DNA of 64,000 nt from Naegleria gruberi (taxonomy: Eukaryota): NCBI GenBank assembly GCA_000004985.1, contig GG738864.1; one strand, written 5' to 3'. Shown here piece by piece: positions 11,247-22,955 of the stretch. Position numbers and translations under genes: made by a program. The notes beneath the pieces are model-generated. The model searched no databases, was not told the DNA's origin, and saw only the letters and a list, made by a program, of their open reading frames with translations. The number at the start of each line of letters is the position of its first letter. Within the stretch, counting starts at the first letter, position 1.

Positions 11247-11526
11247 ATGAGAGTGTTTACAGGTTTGATGATTGCCGCTGTTATTGGACCAGCTGTCTTT
11301 TTGTTGGAAGATACCGGAAGAGCTTTTATTGATTGGAGAGATGCTAGAGTACGTATTATTTGCAATACGTTTTATTGATTGGAATTTTTAATTATTGTTA
11401 TTATTTTGATGATGATTTTTAATATAATAGAAAGCCAGTCAAGTTGCTGAAATGAAGAAATATCAAGCTGATTTGGCTGTATGGGAAGAAAATGTTAGGA
11501 ATATTGCTGAAAAGTACCAAAAGTAA
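11247..11526 (+). CDS. Small (about 65 aa) single-TM protein, 2 exons, function unknown
   Basis: MRVFTGLMIAAVIGPAVFLLEDTGRAFIDWRDAR | KASQVAEMKKYQADLAVWEENVRNIAEKYQK*. Intron 11349-11430 (GTACGT..AATAG), phase 0. Not in the ORF track because each exon is shorter than 60 aa. Confidence 0.45.
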
Positions 11527-11668
11527 ACGGATAAAACCATTGTACTTTTGATAAAACAACATATAATCGCGATTTAGGACCTTTAATAAAACAAAAACTA
11601 TTTAATTATAATTTATAATACAATGTAGTATTAGTCTGTAGAATCCAATACCAATTAATTAATATTAT

Positions 11669-13365
11669 TTGATGATGAAAACTTTATTAACAACAATAAT
11701 TATAAAAATGTCATCATCAGCATCTCCTCAACCACAACCACAACAAGTGAGCAATAACAACTCCGTGCTGGTGATTCAACTCTCATCTTATGGTATACGG
11801 TATGATTGGAATGATTTAGAGTCGACAGAGCCAAAAACTCTCATCAATTGTATGGCCATTCCAAAACACATTATTCAGTCCTTTGCCAAGCCTTCCCAAT
11901 CACACCCGACAACAACAATAGACGATCATGAGGATGATGAGGTTCCTCTACCGTCCTCTTCATCATCAACTTTAAAGGATCAAACAAAACATTCCTTCCT
12001 AAGTTCTACTTGTGAAAAACAAGTCATGTCAATTAGAGGTAAAATTCTAGTGGATAGAAAAGTACTGCCAGAAAATAGGATTGAAACTGATAATTATTTG
12101 GAACCAGTGACAATGGAAAATAGTAGTACAATCAAACAGAAATATACCTCTCAAGAATATGAATTATCGAGTTTTCTAGTTGGTAAACAAGCCATTGATA
12201 CAAAGAGAATTTATCCAAATGATTTTGTATTATATTTTCCAATCAAGTATGGATTGTTAAATTGTGATTTGACTGGTTATGGACATATTGATGAAAATGT
12301 TGCTTTGGAAATTCAAATTAATTTGTTATCAAGATGTATTGAAGAATTAATTCAAACATCATCTAGTACTAGCTTTTCTTTATTGATGATTTTCAGTGAT
12401 ACATTCCTATCACAACAATTGAAACATTTAAAGAGAATTATTGAGGATTTATTAACTCAATTTACAAATATCGAGAATATTTCCATTCAAAAGGATAGTG
12501 TAATGTCACTTTATGGAAGTGGAATCTCTCATCAACAGAATGAGCTCTATACTGTAGATATGGGTCTGACAAAGACATCTATTTATGCCTATCAACCAAA
12601 TGGAAGATTGGCAAGTGTAATTCATTATCCATATGGAGGATATGATGTATATCATTTAATTATGGAATATTACAAATGTCAAAATTCAATCACAAGATAG
12701 ATATTTTCACAAATTTAGTCGAGTATGATGAAAATGTTAGAAAGTATTGTTTGACACTCAAATCAAACACTCACCAAGAAACAGTTCAGCATTTACACAA
12801 TATTTATTTGGAAGACACTCAAGAATTTGCTTCATCGATATCAGTTTCAACAGATGTTTTCTACATTGCCAGTAATTTATATTTCAATACCAAGTTATTG
12901 CCCTCTCCAAAGAAGAAACTCTACTCTCTATTGAATCCAACACAACAATCCAAGATTGCATCCATTGAAAAATACCTTTCAAAGATTTTCAAAGGAGGAA
13001 CAGGTAGTGTCACCATTTGTTTAACAGGTGGATTTTCAAATATTCAATTCTTCCCAGAACACTTGAAGGAAATGCTTAAAAAGAAGAGAATCAAGATATT
13101 AATTTCGAATGAAAGAGACAAATTAGTTCCATCCCATTGCACCACATGGAAAGGAGGAGTAATTATTACACACATTATGAATCCTGACAATTATCAATAT
13201 GAAGAGGATGATTCCACATCCAATGCCTCCAATACTGACAAATCCAATCTCACCAACAAGTTATTCTTCCACAGAAATGAACTATTCCAGCACTCTTCTC
13301 AATCTTTGGCATCAAACATTCCAAAATTTGTCAATAGTTCCATTCTCTTAGAAAGAACTCTCTAA
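11669..13365 (+). CDS. Divergent actin-related protein (actin/Hsp70-fold ATPase); the two ORF-track ORFs are joined by a 50-nt intron
   Basis: Intron 12647-12696 (GTATAT...CACAAG) removes the apparent -1 frame break, giving ...IHYPYGGYD|IDIFTNLVEYDEN... Actin-fold motifs: VLVIQLSSYGIRYDWND (phosphate 1-like), TVDMGLTKTSIYAY (phosphate 2-like), ICLTGGFSNIQFFPEHLKEML (adenosine motif). Confidence 0.55.
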
Positions 13366-13557
13366 TTTTTTACACAATTTCTTTTTTTGAACTGTTCATA
13401 ATTTATAATACTTTACACAGGTTGTGTGAAGCTACAGTGATCTAAATTCATCTAGTACAATAATAATAGTATCAGTGTGATATTATTCAATAATTTATAA
13501 AATTCAATATAATTTAAAACATAAAATATTTGAACAATTTGAATTTCAATAAAAAAA

Positions 13558-14691
13558 ATGAGCAACAATAATTATCAACTCGGCGATTTGTCCAAACTCT
13601 TCGGATCATCAACAACAACAGAGGAATCAGAAAGTAAAGCATTGTGGGTTACAAAAGCACAAGCTAAAACTGATGATAATGATGAATTAATAACAAAATT
13701 GAAGAAGGAAAAGGAATCGAGCGATGATAAACCAAAGAGACAAAGAAAGGAAAAGAGAGAAAAGAAGAAGGAAAATAAAAAGGACAAAAAGCAAGTAAAT
13801 AACAAGAGAAAGGCTAAAGAAGAATCCGATGGTGAATCAGATGATGAAGATAAACAAGAAGCTAAGAAATCTAAATATGAAGCCAAAGATGGTGAATTAG
13901 ATGAAAAAGATGATGACGATAAGAATGATGAAGAAACAAATGATAAGAATAATGATGAAGATATTTTCAAATCAGTTCCAAAGAGAAAGAAACAAAACAG
14001 ATCAGAAAAGAGAACTAATAATGAAGAAAAAAAGAAGGAAGAAGAAAAGACAATATTCATTTCAAACTTCCCAATTCCACTTGAAGATAAGAATTTAAAG
14101 AAATCGAAGAAATTAGTGACAAAATTGTTCTCTGTTTATGGTGAAATTGAAAGTATAAGATTTAGATCATTGGGATTTGAAAAATCTAAAATTCCAACAA
14201 GAAAAGGTCACTTGGCTGCTGGATTGAGAACGAAAGATTATGGTACTGTATATGTTCACTTTTCTGAAATGACTGCTGAAATGTCAAAGATTATTTCTGA
14301 TCTTAATGGAAAGGTTTTGCACGGAAGACACTTGAATGTTGATACTGCATCTCATAAGGAAACATCAAAGGACGAAAACGATTCATCTATTTTCATTCAA
14401 AACTTGCCTTTTGAAATTGATGATGAAGAGGTTTGGGAAACAATAGGATCAGAACATGAAATTGTCAGAGTTCGTATTGTTAGAGATCCAATTTCAGGTA
14501 AATGCAAAGGATTCGGTTATGTTCAACTCAAGGATAAGGAAACTGTCGAAGAAATTTTGAAGAGTATTAAATCAAGAAAAGCCCACGTTATTCAAGGAAG
14601 AAAGATTGAAATTTTAAGGTGTAAACAATCTACTCCAAAGACTCCAAAGACTCCAAAAACTCCAAAAGCTCCAAAAGCTTCATCCAAGTAA
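13558..14691 (+). CDS. Nucleolar-type RNA-binding protein with a K/E-rich N-terminus and two RRM domains (RBM34/Nop12-like); C-terminal (PKT/APKA) repeats
   Basis: 377 aa. RRM1 TIFISNFPIPL...LFSVYGEIESIRFRS. RRM2 SSIFIQNLPFEIDDEEVWE...IVRDPISGKCKGFGYVQLKDKETVEEIL. C-terminus TPKTPKTPKTPKAPKASSK. Confidence 0.75.
   Translation: MSNNNYQLGDLSKLFGSSTTTEESESKALWVTKAQAKTDDNDELITKLKKEKESSDDKPKRQRKEKREKKKENKKDKKQVNNKRKAKEESDGESDDEDKQEAKKSKYEAKDGELDEKDDDDKNDEETNDKNNDEDIFKSVPKRKKQNRSEKRTNNEEKKKEEEKTIFISNFPIPLEDKNLKKSKKLVTKLFSVYGEIESIRFRSLGFEKSKIPTRKGHLAAGLRTKDYGTVYVHFSEMTAEMSKIISDLNGKVLHGRHLNVDTASHKETSKDENDSSIFIQNLPFEIDDEEVWETIGSEHEIVRVRIVRDPISGKCKGFGYVQLKDKETVEEILKSIKSRKAHVIQGRKIEILRCKQSTPKTPKTPKTPKAPKASSK
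14635..14682 (+). repeat. In-frame tandem repeat (ACTCCAAAG)n encoding (PKT)n-PKAPKA at the C-terminus of the RRM protein
   Basis: ccaaagactccaaagactccaaaaactccaaaagctccaaaagct. Confidence 0.6.
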
Positions 14692-14718
14692 ATATTCTAT
14701 TCATTTACAACTTTGTAA

Positions 14719-16358
14719 TTACGCCTCAATTGGAAAGGTATGAAAACGCTTTGGTATCATTGCATTGCCATAAGCAGTTTCATTTCTTAATATTTTCCAA
14801 GTGTTCAAGTTATCCGACATTAACTCATTCATAAAACCATTTTGAATAATAGCAGTTCTGAAATAGCTCACAAGGTAATCCTCTTTGCTTCGTCTAATTG
14901 CTAATCCTCTTAAACATAGCCCATTCACTTTCAAAAGACTAACACAAAAATCAACATCCTGTTTCAGCTCTTCATCAATAAATAGAGTACAGAGAGGATT
15001 TTCCATGCTTGCTTGAAAAACAAAATCTCTGTCTTTCTTAAGTGATTCATCAACGTAATTCATTATTTCATGATCTTGTTTTAAAAGTGGAAGAATAAAG
15101 GATTTGTCTGTTTTGAATTCTTGGGGCATGAAATAGAGAAGAGATGGAAATGAATTCATTAAGAGTTGAGAGTTGAAATCTCTGTCACTTTTAAGTCTAC
15201 CAGATGCGTGCCTAAAAGCAAAAGTGTTTTGAAGCATTGCTATTTCAAGAGTTTCTAAATCATCCCTCAAATGTTCAGAAGCATATTCCAGTTGATGTCC
15301 ATTTTTAAGTACGCAAGCTTGTACAATTTCCTATCTGGTAGACTTATCAGGAGAAGCTCGTTGGATTCAGCTAATTTCAGAATGTCCTCTCTATCCATAA
15401 ATACTGGAGTCTCCAGAGAATTGGAATGGGTTATTAGTTGGTACTTTGCAAAATATAGATCCGATTTCAATTGATCTGATGCAAATCTGAATGCTCCATT
15501 ACAGTTCTGTACTGCCTTCTCCACAACTTCTCTTTTTCAATATGAATTTTAATTGAAAAATCAAGCTTACCTATCATTTCTCAAACGGTAAGATGCATGT
15601 TCTAATTCCATACCATATTTGCTAACAACATTCAATACTAACTCTTTGTCATCTTTCCACTCTTCTGGTGCATAAGCTAACGGGAAAAAATTATTGAGCT
15701 CTTTTCTCACTCTTTTTAAAAATTCCACATTTTCAGTTAATGATTTAGAGGCATATGTTATCACAAAAGGTGATTGCTTAATAGCATCCATAACAAAATC
15801 AGGATCCTCTCTTAATTGCATAGAAGCCTTTTCCAAATAATTGGCATCTATTTGTATCAATCGTTTCATAAATTTTTGTTTCCTTTTCAAATTACAGAAT
15901 CTAATAGCTGTATGTTTCTCTTCCAATGCCCATTCAAAAAACCGATCCGTTTCTAACACTTTCGTTGAAGTATATAAAAGAATTTTAACATTAACTCTAG
16001 CCAACCTTATCACAAATTCCACATTATTCTGCAAATGTTTCTTCAGGTGAGGAATTGAATAAACTATTGATCTGAAATTTGGTGGAAAATTCTCTATCAA
16101 TCTCATCATGAATTTTTCAATCACTTCCAAATCATTCATAAATTCAATCGGAATAAAAGAATGTTGTCCATATTGATTAAAAGCAATGGATGGAATTTTG
16201 TATAGCAGAAAATTCATTCTCTCCGATAACCACTTGGCCAATCCTCTACATTCTCTTCTGTATTTTCCCTTGAATATTTGGTAGAGGAAATTGTTATTTT
16301 CTTGAGAAAAGTCTTTGAGGATGAATGTAATGGGAAGGCTCGGATCAAGTTGTTTCAT
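14719..16358 (-). CDS. DUF4116-repeat protein (multi-exon; internal junction uncertain)
   Basis: Exon 1 16358-15571 ends RLRND R | with an AG|GTAAGC donor. A 39-nt intron (15532-15570) precedes an in-phase exon encoding REVVEKAVQNCNGAFRFASDQLKSD... A -1 frame break near 15270 is either a 59-nt intron (GTACAAG...TTTGAG, giving ...LPDRKL|DDLETLEIAML...) or a frameshift. DUF4116-type repeats (LKxDxxF...NGxxLxxAS) run throughout. Confidence 0.55.
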
Positions 16359-16397
16359 TTTTTTTTATTGTAAACTTTCGAGTTAAAGATTGGCAAG

Positions 16398-17837
16398 TTA
16401 TTCTTCTATTCCAACCAAGTAGTACCTTAAAGAACCACTGTCTGTTGCAGTGCAGTGAAATGCATCAATAATTGGAAGTTTTTCAAGAAGTGAATCAATT
16501 ACAAATTCTATAAAAGAGATGACTGAATCGAATTGGCTGTCAATTTTCAATTCGTTTAAACTCTTATCTCCCTTTCCCCAAACCACTGTATCGTATGTTC
16601 CATAGGCTATTCCACTTAACCCATAATATTTCTTTGTTTTAGGATCAATGATGGAAAATGAATGTTCACCTTCGTATCCATCACATCCATAGTAGAACAC
16701 TTCCTTAACTTCTAATTCACATTTGTAAATATCATTATTTAAACGCATGTCGAATGTTGTCTGGATAAAGTGCATGTCTTTCCTGAATGCGTTTGAATAG
16801 GCAGCTCCTTTGACATTTGTAATATCAAATAGTGAACCCTCATCTTGGTTAAAATTATTCAAACAATTGGAATACATATTGGAAACTACTCTTTCCATTA
16901 TTGATACAGGTTCGTTCAATTTTTTAACATTTTCAAGAGGTTTTTGAATTAGTCTTTCCCTCAAATCATCCGAATATTTGAATTTAAGCGCATGATTGCA
17001 GACCTGATCTCTTAAAGTCAATTTTGGTTCAGAGGTAAGTTCATGCTTTGGAAAATCAAGGAAAATGCGTAATAACTTAAAGCAGAACGAATCCCCTCTG
17101 AATCGTTCCTCTAAAAGTAAAGAACCAACATAATTAAAGAACGTTGGATTTTGCCAATACTCTACCTCTTGATAAAGTCCAGATTCCTCTCCATCAAGTT
17201 GATGAACAAGAATGTTGTTTACACTTGGGTCAATATTCAGCAAATTCCAATCAAATGTTGGATCTTCATTTTGTTCAACAGTTATATAGACAAGCTCATC
17301 CTCTGTATTCGATAAATGTATGTGTATTCTAATTTTGATACCTTCCTTAATATGAATCATTAATTCAATATGGGAGCCATCATCGACCCAACCAACAGAT
17401 GAAGAGATCACAGTCATTGTTGGATACTTGTCAACCACTAAAGGATTTGGTGTATCACTAAAAAAGCCAGGCTCTTTAGAAGCCAGAGTCAATGAATACA
17501 GCTTTCCATCAATCCACTTCTTTAAACTCACGTACAACTCATCATTTCTCTCAGTGCTTAAACATTCCACACAATAATCCATCAAATTTTTGACAGCATA
17601 AAAAGAGGGAACCCTCCGTGATCCTACAATTTCATTCCAAGTTGTATTAACAAGTCTACAATTCAACAATTCTTCAATGGTCATATAATTCATGATATAA
17701 CCGAGACTATCATAATCTAAATTTGCTAAATGATTTATTTTCAAGCCAAATGATGAGCCTCCTCCTTCAATCTTGCTTCTCTTCTCATCACTTGCATCAG
17801 ATGGCGAAAGAGATTCCGAATCAAAGTGTCGTTTCAT
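16398..17837 (-). CDS. Hypothetical protein with an N-terminal F-box-like motif
   Basis: 479-aa single ORF. LDYDSLGYIMNYMTIEELLNCRLVNTTWNEIV resembles an F-box. The remainder has no recognisable domain. Confidence 0.55.
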   Translation of the reverse strand: MKRHFDSESLSPSDASDEKRSKIEGGGSSFGLKINHLANLDYDSLGYIMNYMTIEELLNCRLVNTTWNEIVGSRRVPSFYAVKNLMDYCVECLSTERNDELYVSLKKWIDGKLYSLTLASKEPGFFSDTPNPLVVDKYPTMTVISSSVGWVDDGSHIELMIHIKEGIKIRIHIHLSNTEDELVYITVEQNEDPTFDWNLLNIDPSVNNILVHQLDGEESGLYQEVEYWQNPTFFNYVGSLLLEERFRGDSFCFKLLRIFLDFPKHELTSEPKLTLRDQVCNHALKFKYSDDLRERLIQKPLENVKKLNEPVSIMERVVSNMYSNCLNNFNQDEGSLFDITNVKGAAYSNAFRKDMHFIQTTFDMRLNNDIYKCELEVKEVFYYGCDGYEGEHSFSIIDPKTKKYYGLSGIAYGTYDTVVWGKGDKSLNELKIDSQFDSVISFIEFVIDSLLEKLPIIDAFHCTATDSGSLRYYLVGIEE

Positions 17838-18142
17838 TTTTTTTTTGGATTTTTTCTCCGTAAATGAGGTATTCTATTGTTTACAATATTGCTGTCCTTG
17901 AAGAGTATTAGGAGGACTAGTTGTGTAAATTAATTTTAACTTTACATCAACATTTTAATCAACCAGTAGTTCAGTATCATTTTCATATCTCGTTGTAATC
18001 CATAAATATTCACATATTATTATTTACAATATTAAAAATCGAATCTTTTTAGAATCTCGCTTCAAATTATTATCTTTGATAAACAATGTATTCATAGGTA
18101 CCTACTTGAACTTATTTAGCGCTCAAAAACATTAGAAAAAAA

Positions 18143-20682
18143 ATGTCTTCACTGTATAGACCAGCTAAGATTATTGATAGAGATGGCAAGGAGGACAAGA
18201 CCTACCTGACTGATGTGATTCATACATCGGATTCTGTGGTGTGGAGTGGTGATGATGAAGATAGCAGCAGCAATAATGGAAAGAGTCATTCTAAGAGGAG
18301 TAATTATTCATTGTTGTTTTTTGCAATGGTTGCCCTCCTGTTATCGGTGTATATTTATCAAAGTGATGGAATTAATACAATGAAGAGTGTTGTGAGTTCT
18401 GTGATACAGGATTCAAATGCTAAAGCTATTAGAAACAAACCACAAAAAGTTCATACAAAAAGATCAAATTTTGTGTCTAAACCAAAAGTTCAAAAATCCG
18501 AGCGTTTATATGATGTAGTTGATTATGTATATAATTGCAGTAATGATCATTCTGTTACTGAATTGCCTGGTTATGGATCTATTTCAAGAGAAGACGAATC
18601 TCTTTATTCATTTGCTGGTCATTTATCAGTCCATAGAGAGGATACTAATAAGGACAGATTTGGAGCTTTGTTTTATTGGTTCTTTGGTAGAAAGGATTCT
18701 GAAAGACCAATCATGCTCTGGCTTCAAGGAGGTCCATCAGCTTCAAGCATGATTGCAGGTATGTTTACAATGAATTTTGAAATAATTTTACAATATTAGC
18801 ATTTGAGGAATTTATTTCACCCTTCTATATTAGTAATTCAACAAATCAATTGAATTTACATTATAATAATCAGTCATGGATTTCACAATGTGATTTATTA
18901 TTTATTGACCAACCTGTTGGAGCTGGTTTCAGCTATGAATATCCTACAAATGATTTTACAACCACTAGACATCAAGTATCAAATGATTTATACAGTGTAT
19001 TACTTAACTTTTTTGATAAATATCCACAATTCAGAAATAGAGATTTGATTTTTGCTGGAGAAAGTTATGCTGGAAAGTATTTGCCTTCTCTTGCTGAGAG
19101 AGTTTATTTACTCAAGATGGAAGGAGACGAACCAACTTATGAACCTGTTCAAAAGCATGGTATTCACAAGAGACTCAAAGGTATTATTATTGGAGATGGG
19201 TTTACTGCACCAATTGTTCAAAGAGTTTTGAAAGCAGATCAAGCTTACTGGAGTGGACTTCTTGGATATCAACAACGTCAACAATTGAAAACCTTGCAAA
19301 GAGATTGTGTCAGACACATTCAAGAGGGAAACACTGTTGAGCTTGGATCTGCATGTGAGGCTGTCAAGTCTTATATTTTAATTGCCTCTGGTGTTATTAA
19401 TATTTATGATATTAGAACCTTTTCTCCTTCAACTGATAAACCTAGATTGGAAGGCTATCTCAATCAACCAGATGTTAAGAAAGCCCTTCACATTCTTGAT
19501 AGAGACATTCCAAACAAACCAGAAGACATCAAATTTTGGTCAACTCGTCCACATCCTGTCTACGACTACCTTAAGGCTGATATTTTGACGGATTTGAGAG
19601 ATTTGTTACCTCAAATTGCAGAAAGAACTAAATTATTACTCTATGGAGGTAATTTCGATTTGCAGGATGGACCTCAACCTATTGAAAGATTTTTATTAAC
19701 AATTAATGACCCAATGATTAAGAGATGGGTTGAAGCTCCAAGAAATCTCTTCTTTGTAAATAACAAAGTTGCTGGATATGAAAAGAGCTCTGGAAACTTT
19801 TCCTTAGTGACAATTTTCGGAAATGGCCACTTTGTACATAGTCAAAAGGACTCTATGAGAGCTTTACTCAAAAAGTTTATTGCCCTAACCTATCAGCCAA
19901 CTGCTGATTTGTCATTCTGTTCTGAAAGTGAAACCATTCCTGTAAGGTTCAAGACTCTAACTCCTTCTACCTTCCTCAAATATTTGTACGATAACGAAAC
20001 TATGGAGCACAGAATTCCATGTCAAAGTCAACAATTGATTTGTGAAAAGATTTTGAAGAATTGTAATGGACACGGTACTTGTGTTCATGGATATTGTAAA
20101 TGTATTCCTGGATATACTGGAGAAACATGTGAAAATGTGGTTCAAGTCATTCCAATTGGATATGAATCTGAGGAACCATTCGTTATGAAACAACAAGAAT
20201 TATTCTATGGAAAAGTTCATTTGGAAGAAAGAAAGGCCATTACAACAGTGCAAGTAAATTGGAGACCAAAGGAAGTGAATGAATTTGACCAACCTCTAAA
20301 AGCACCAAACTACAAGTATGATTCAGTTTCCAAACCATCATCCAAGATGTGTTTGATTATTAAAAGAGGCTCTCTTCCAAAGATGGATGATTATGACAAA
20401 GTTCATTGTAAGGACTCTCATTTGGATGGTCCTCTTTTAGTTGTTTCGAATAGTACTCAAACTGAAGAAATGAAAGGAAGATTATTCTTTGGAATTGTCA
20501 ACACACAACAATATGAAGTTGAGTGTGAATTGAAAGTTTTATCATGGAATCAAGAGTATTCTGTATTCTTACTGGACGAAACTGTTTCAAAGTTAAATAA
20601 CGAGAGAAATTTCCTTCTAGGAAGCACCATTCTTCTGCTAATAATTGTAATTATTGGTGGATTCATGTTAAAATGTAAATAA
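18143..20682 (+). CDS. S10 serine-carboxypeptidase-like protein with a C-terminal EGF-like domain and TM anchor (type I membrane protein); 2 exons
   Basis: Exon 1 18143-18758 ends WLQGGPSASSMIAG. A 41-nt intron (18759-18799, GTATGT..ATTAG, phase 1) precedes exon 2 from 18800 (AFEEFISPFYISN...NNQSWISQCDLLFIDQPVGAGFSY). Catalytic triad candidates retained: GESYAG, GNFDLQDG, GNGHFVHS. Then CEKILKNCNGHGTCVHGYCKCIPGYTGETCENV (EGF) and the TM segment LGSTILLLIIVIIGGFML. Confidence 0.75.
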
Positions 20683-20735
20683 ATTAATTAGAAATTCTAA
20701 ATATTATTTAATGGAAAAATAACTATTATTCGAAA

Positions 20736-22067
20736 TTAAATTAAGTAAACTTGTTCTTCCATAAAACCAAGAGTTGTGTTTTGGTGTGTGAAACATGATT
20801 GTTGGACGCCAAGTTTTAACTTGTTCCACTTGAATTCAGTAAGAGCTTGCTCAGAATTAGTTGATGGATTAATTTTCATGTTTAAGAATAAAAACCAAGC
20901 CATAGCATCATCAGCATGTTGGAAAATCAAATCAATAGTTCTATTCTTTCCTGATTTTGTTTTAACTGAAATGGATAAACAGTTTCCACAATCATAACCA
21001 TTCATTGTCTTTTCCAAATATCTTTGGAATGTGTTTGTTGAAACGCCATGATAAACAGCAGATACTTGTGAAATATTCAAATGTCTATCCAATAATTGAT
21101 TGACATTGTCATCCTCTTCTTGTGACATTTTTGCAGTTGATGAATGAATTGTTTGAGTTCCCCATCTAATAACATTACCATTCTTTGATAATTGTAAAAA
21201 TCTCTTCTTTTCAACACCTGAACAAGCACCTAAATATGGTAATTTCATAACCTTACAACCAAGTTGACATTGATTTAAACTCCAACTATTCCATCGTTTT
21301 GAATTTTCATCAATCTTTGAAGGAACAATTGGTAAATTCTTTGGAGGTAAAGAAGGAGGAGTACTAACAGTAGCAGTACTAGTAGCTGTCAAATGTTTGT
21401 GAACAACATTCAATTTTGATGGAATTGTCAAATTTGGAGAAGAAACAGGAACTGGTTGACTTTCCTTAGTATCATTTAAAATAGCAGTTGATCCTTGTTT
21501 TGCCAAATTCAAATAATTTAACCATTTCTTTTGTTCATTTTCATCATCACAACAAAGGAAATATTCTCTTCCACTTTTAGTAACAATTTTAATACCAAAT
21601 CTTTTAACCTTATTAAATTGAATTGCTTCAACCAATTCAACTCCAAATCTAATACTTATCGAACTGATTGATTCTTGATCAGTTGGATTTTTAAAATAAT
21701 ACAACAAAATATCTGTTGTATTCGAATCGAATGATGTTAATCCGAAACTTGCATTCGATCGACTACTACTTGCTCCACTCACACTTGCTCTTACATTACT
21801 ACTACTAATTCCTAATTGTTGTTGTTGTTGATTTAATATTAAATTTAGTGATGAATTTGCTGTTGTGGTCGTTGTTGTTCCTGTCTTGTAGATTAGAATA
21901 AAAAAACGTTTTCTCCACATGACTCCCATCTTACGATCCTGTTTGTTTAACATGCCAGAAATGATGGCATTAGGTGCTTGGGCTACTTCATAGGCTGGCT
22001 TGGAGAAATTGAAGGGTGGATCCTTTTCACCAACAATGAACGAGGACGATGAAGCTGATGATGACAT
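20736..22067 (-). CDS. PH-domain protein (N-terminal PH domain, poly-Thr/Gln linker, second PH-like domain)
   Basis: 443 aa. The N-terminus ISGMLNKQDRKMGVMWRKRFFIL is a typical PH-domain start. The C-terminal ...IRWGTQTIHSS...AMAWFLFLNM is consistent with a second PH-like fold. Confidence 0.6.
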   Translation of the reverse strand: MSSSASSSSFIVGEKDPPFNFSKPAYEVAQAPNAIISGMLNKQDRKMGVMWRKRFFILIYKTGTTTTTTANSSLNLILNQQQQQLGISSSNVRASVSGASSSRSNASFGLTSFDSNTTDILLYYFKNPTDQESISSISIRFGVELVEAIQFNKVKRFGIKIVTKSGREYFLCCDDENEQKKWLNYLNLAKQGSTAILNDTKESQPVPVSSPNLTIPSKLNVVHKHLTATSTATVSTPPSLPPKNLPIVPSKIDENSKRWNSWSLNQCQLGCKVMKLPYLGACSGVEKKRFLQLSKNGNVIRWGTQTIHSSTAKMSQEEDDNVNQLLDRHLNISQVSAVYHGVSTNTFQRYLEKTMNGYDCGNCLSISVKTKSGKNRTIDLIFQHADDAMAWFLFLNMKINPSTNSEQALTEFKWNKLKLGVQQSCFTHQNTTLGFMEEQVYLI

Positions 22068-22788
22068 TTTTTATTGATTGTTTTTTTAGCCTTGGAGACA
22101 GGAAATGGTTTCTACCATGGGTTAATGATGGATGAAAGATCAATTATTGTGGTGGGAGGTTCATTTGGTGGTTAGTTATGTGTGATCAAGTAACGGTCGA
22201 TTCAGATCTCTTAATATTTAAAAAGTTTTTTGAAAAATTGAAATTGTTTCAATAATTATGAAAATTATTGGTGTTTAAATTATGACGCAAGCAAATTGTC
22301 ATCTTTAGAATTTGATGAGCTGTAATATTTTATTTCACACACTTCCATGAATCCTTTTAGAACTGGTAATTTTGATTTCAATTCTTCATTTGCTGAAAAA
22401 TAGAAGTTATGGAGACAATGGTGCCACGGTTCGCTTGTTGTGGATTTAGGTATTTTTGAAAAATTTCCTTAAATAATACTCCAGTTGAAAAAAATGATAT
22501 CAAAACTTGGTTGATTATCTCAATAAATATAGGAAGGCACACCTTCCTGTTTTTAACGCATGTAGATCAGACTATTATACATCACATTGGTAAGCTATAA
22601 GATCTGAGCATGTGTGGATCCCAAACCAGAGAGATAATGACAGGTACCAAACCCAACACATGACCAAGAGGTGATACATCTACCAATCCAATCCAATTAC
22701 ATTATTAAAGCTATCCTAATTTCCAAAATTTCAGTATCATTCTATATTTTCTAAACTGCAAAAGATTTGAAATAAACTAAAATTTTAT

Positions 22789-22859
22789 CTCGAACGCCGG
22801 GAATTGAACCCGGGTCGCCAGAGTGACAGTCTGGAATGCTACCACTATACCACGCCCGA
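22789..22859 (-). tRNA. tRNA-Asp (anticodon GUC)
   Basis: Minus-strand sequence TCGGGCG TG GTAT AGTGGTA GCAT T CCAGA CTGTCAC TCTGG CGAC CCGGG TTCAATT CCCGG CGTTCGA + G. Cloverleaf with a 7-bp acceptor stem (two G-U pairs), anticodon loop CU-GUC-AC, T-loop TTCAATT. Close to canonical eukaryotic tRNA-Asp. No CCA encoded. Confidence 0.85.
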
Positions 22860-22955
22860 TTACATTGATAACGAAACACGTCCTTAGATCGCCTTACTAA
22901 CAAACCCGCTTGACTTTATTGAGGCAATAATTCTTACCATTTATCAAAAATGAAA

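Noticed and set aside
13575-14098. ORFs 13575-14060 (minus) and 13901-14098 (plus), overlapping the RRM gene's K/E-rich region
   Set aside because: These are low-complexity antisense or alternative-frame readings of the GAA/AAG-rich coding repeat. They have no independent signals.
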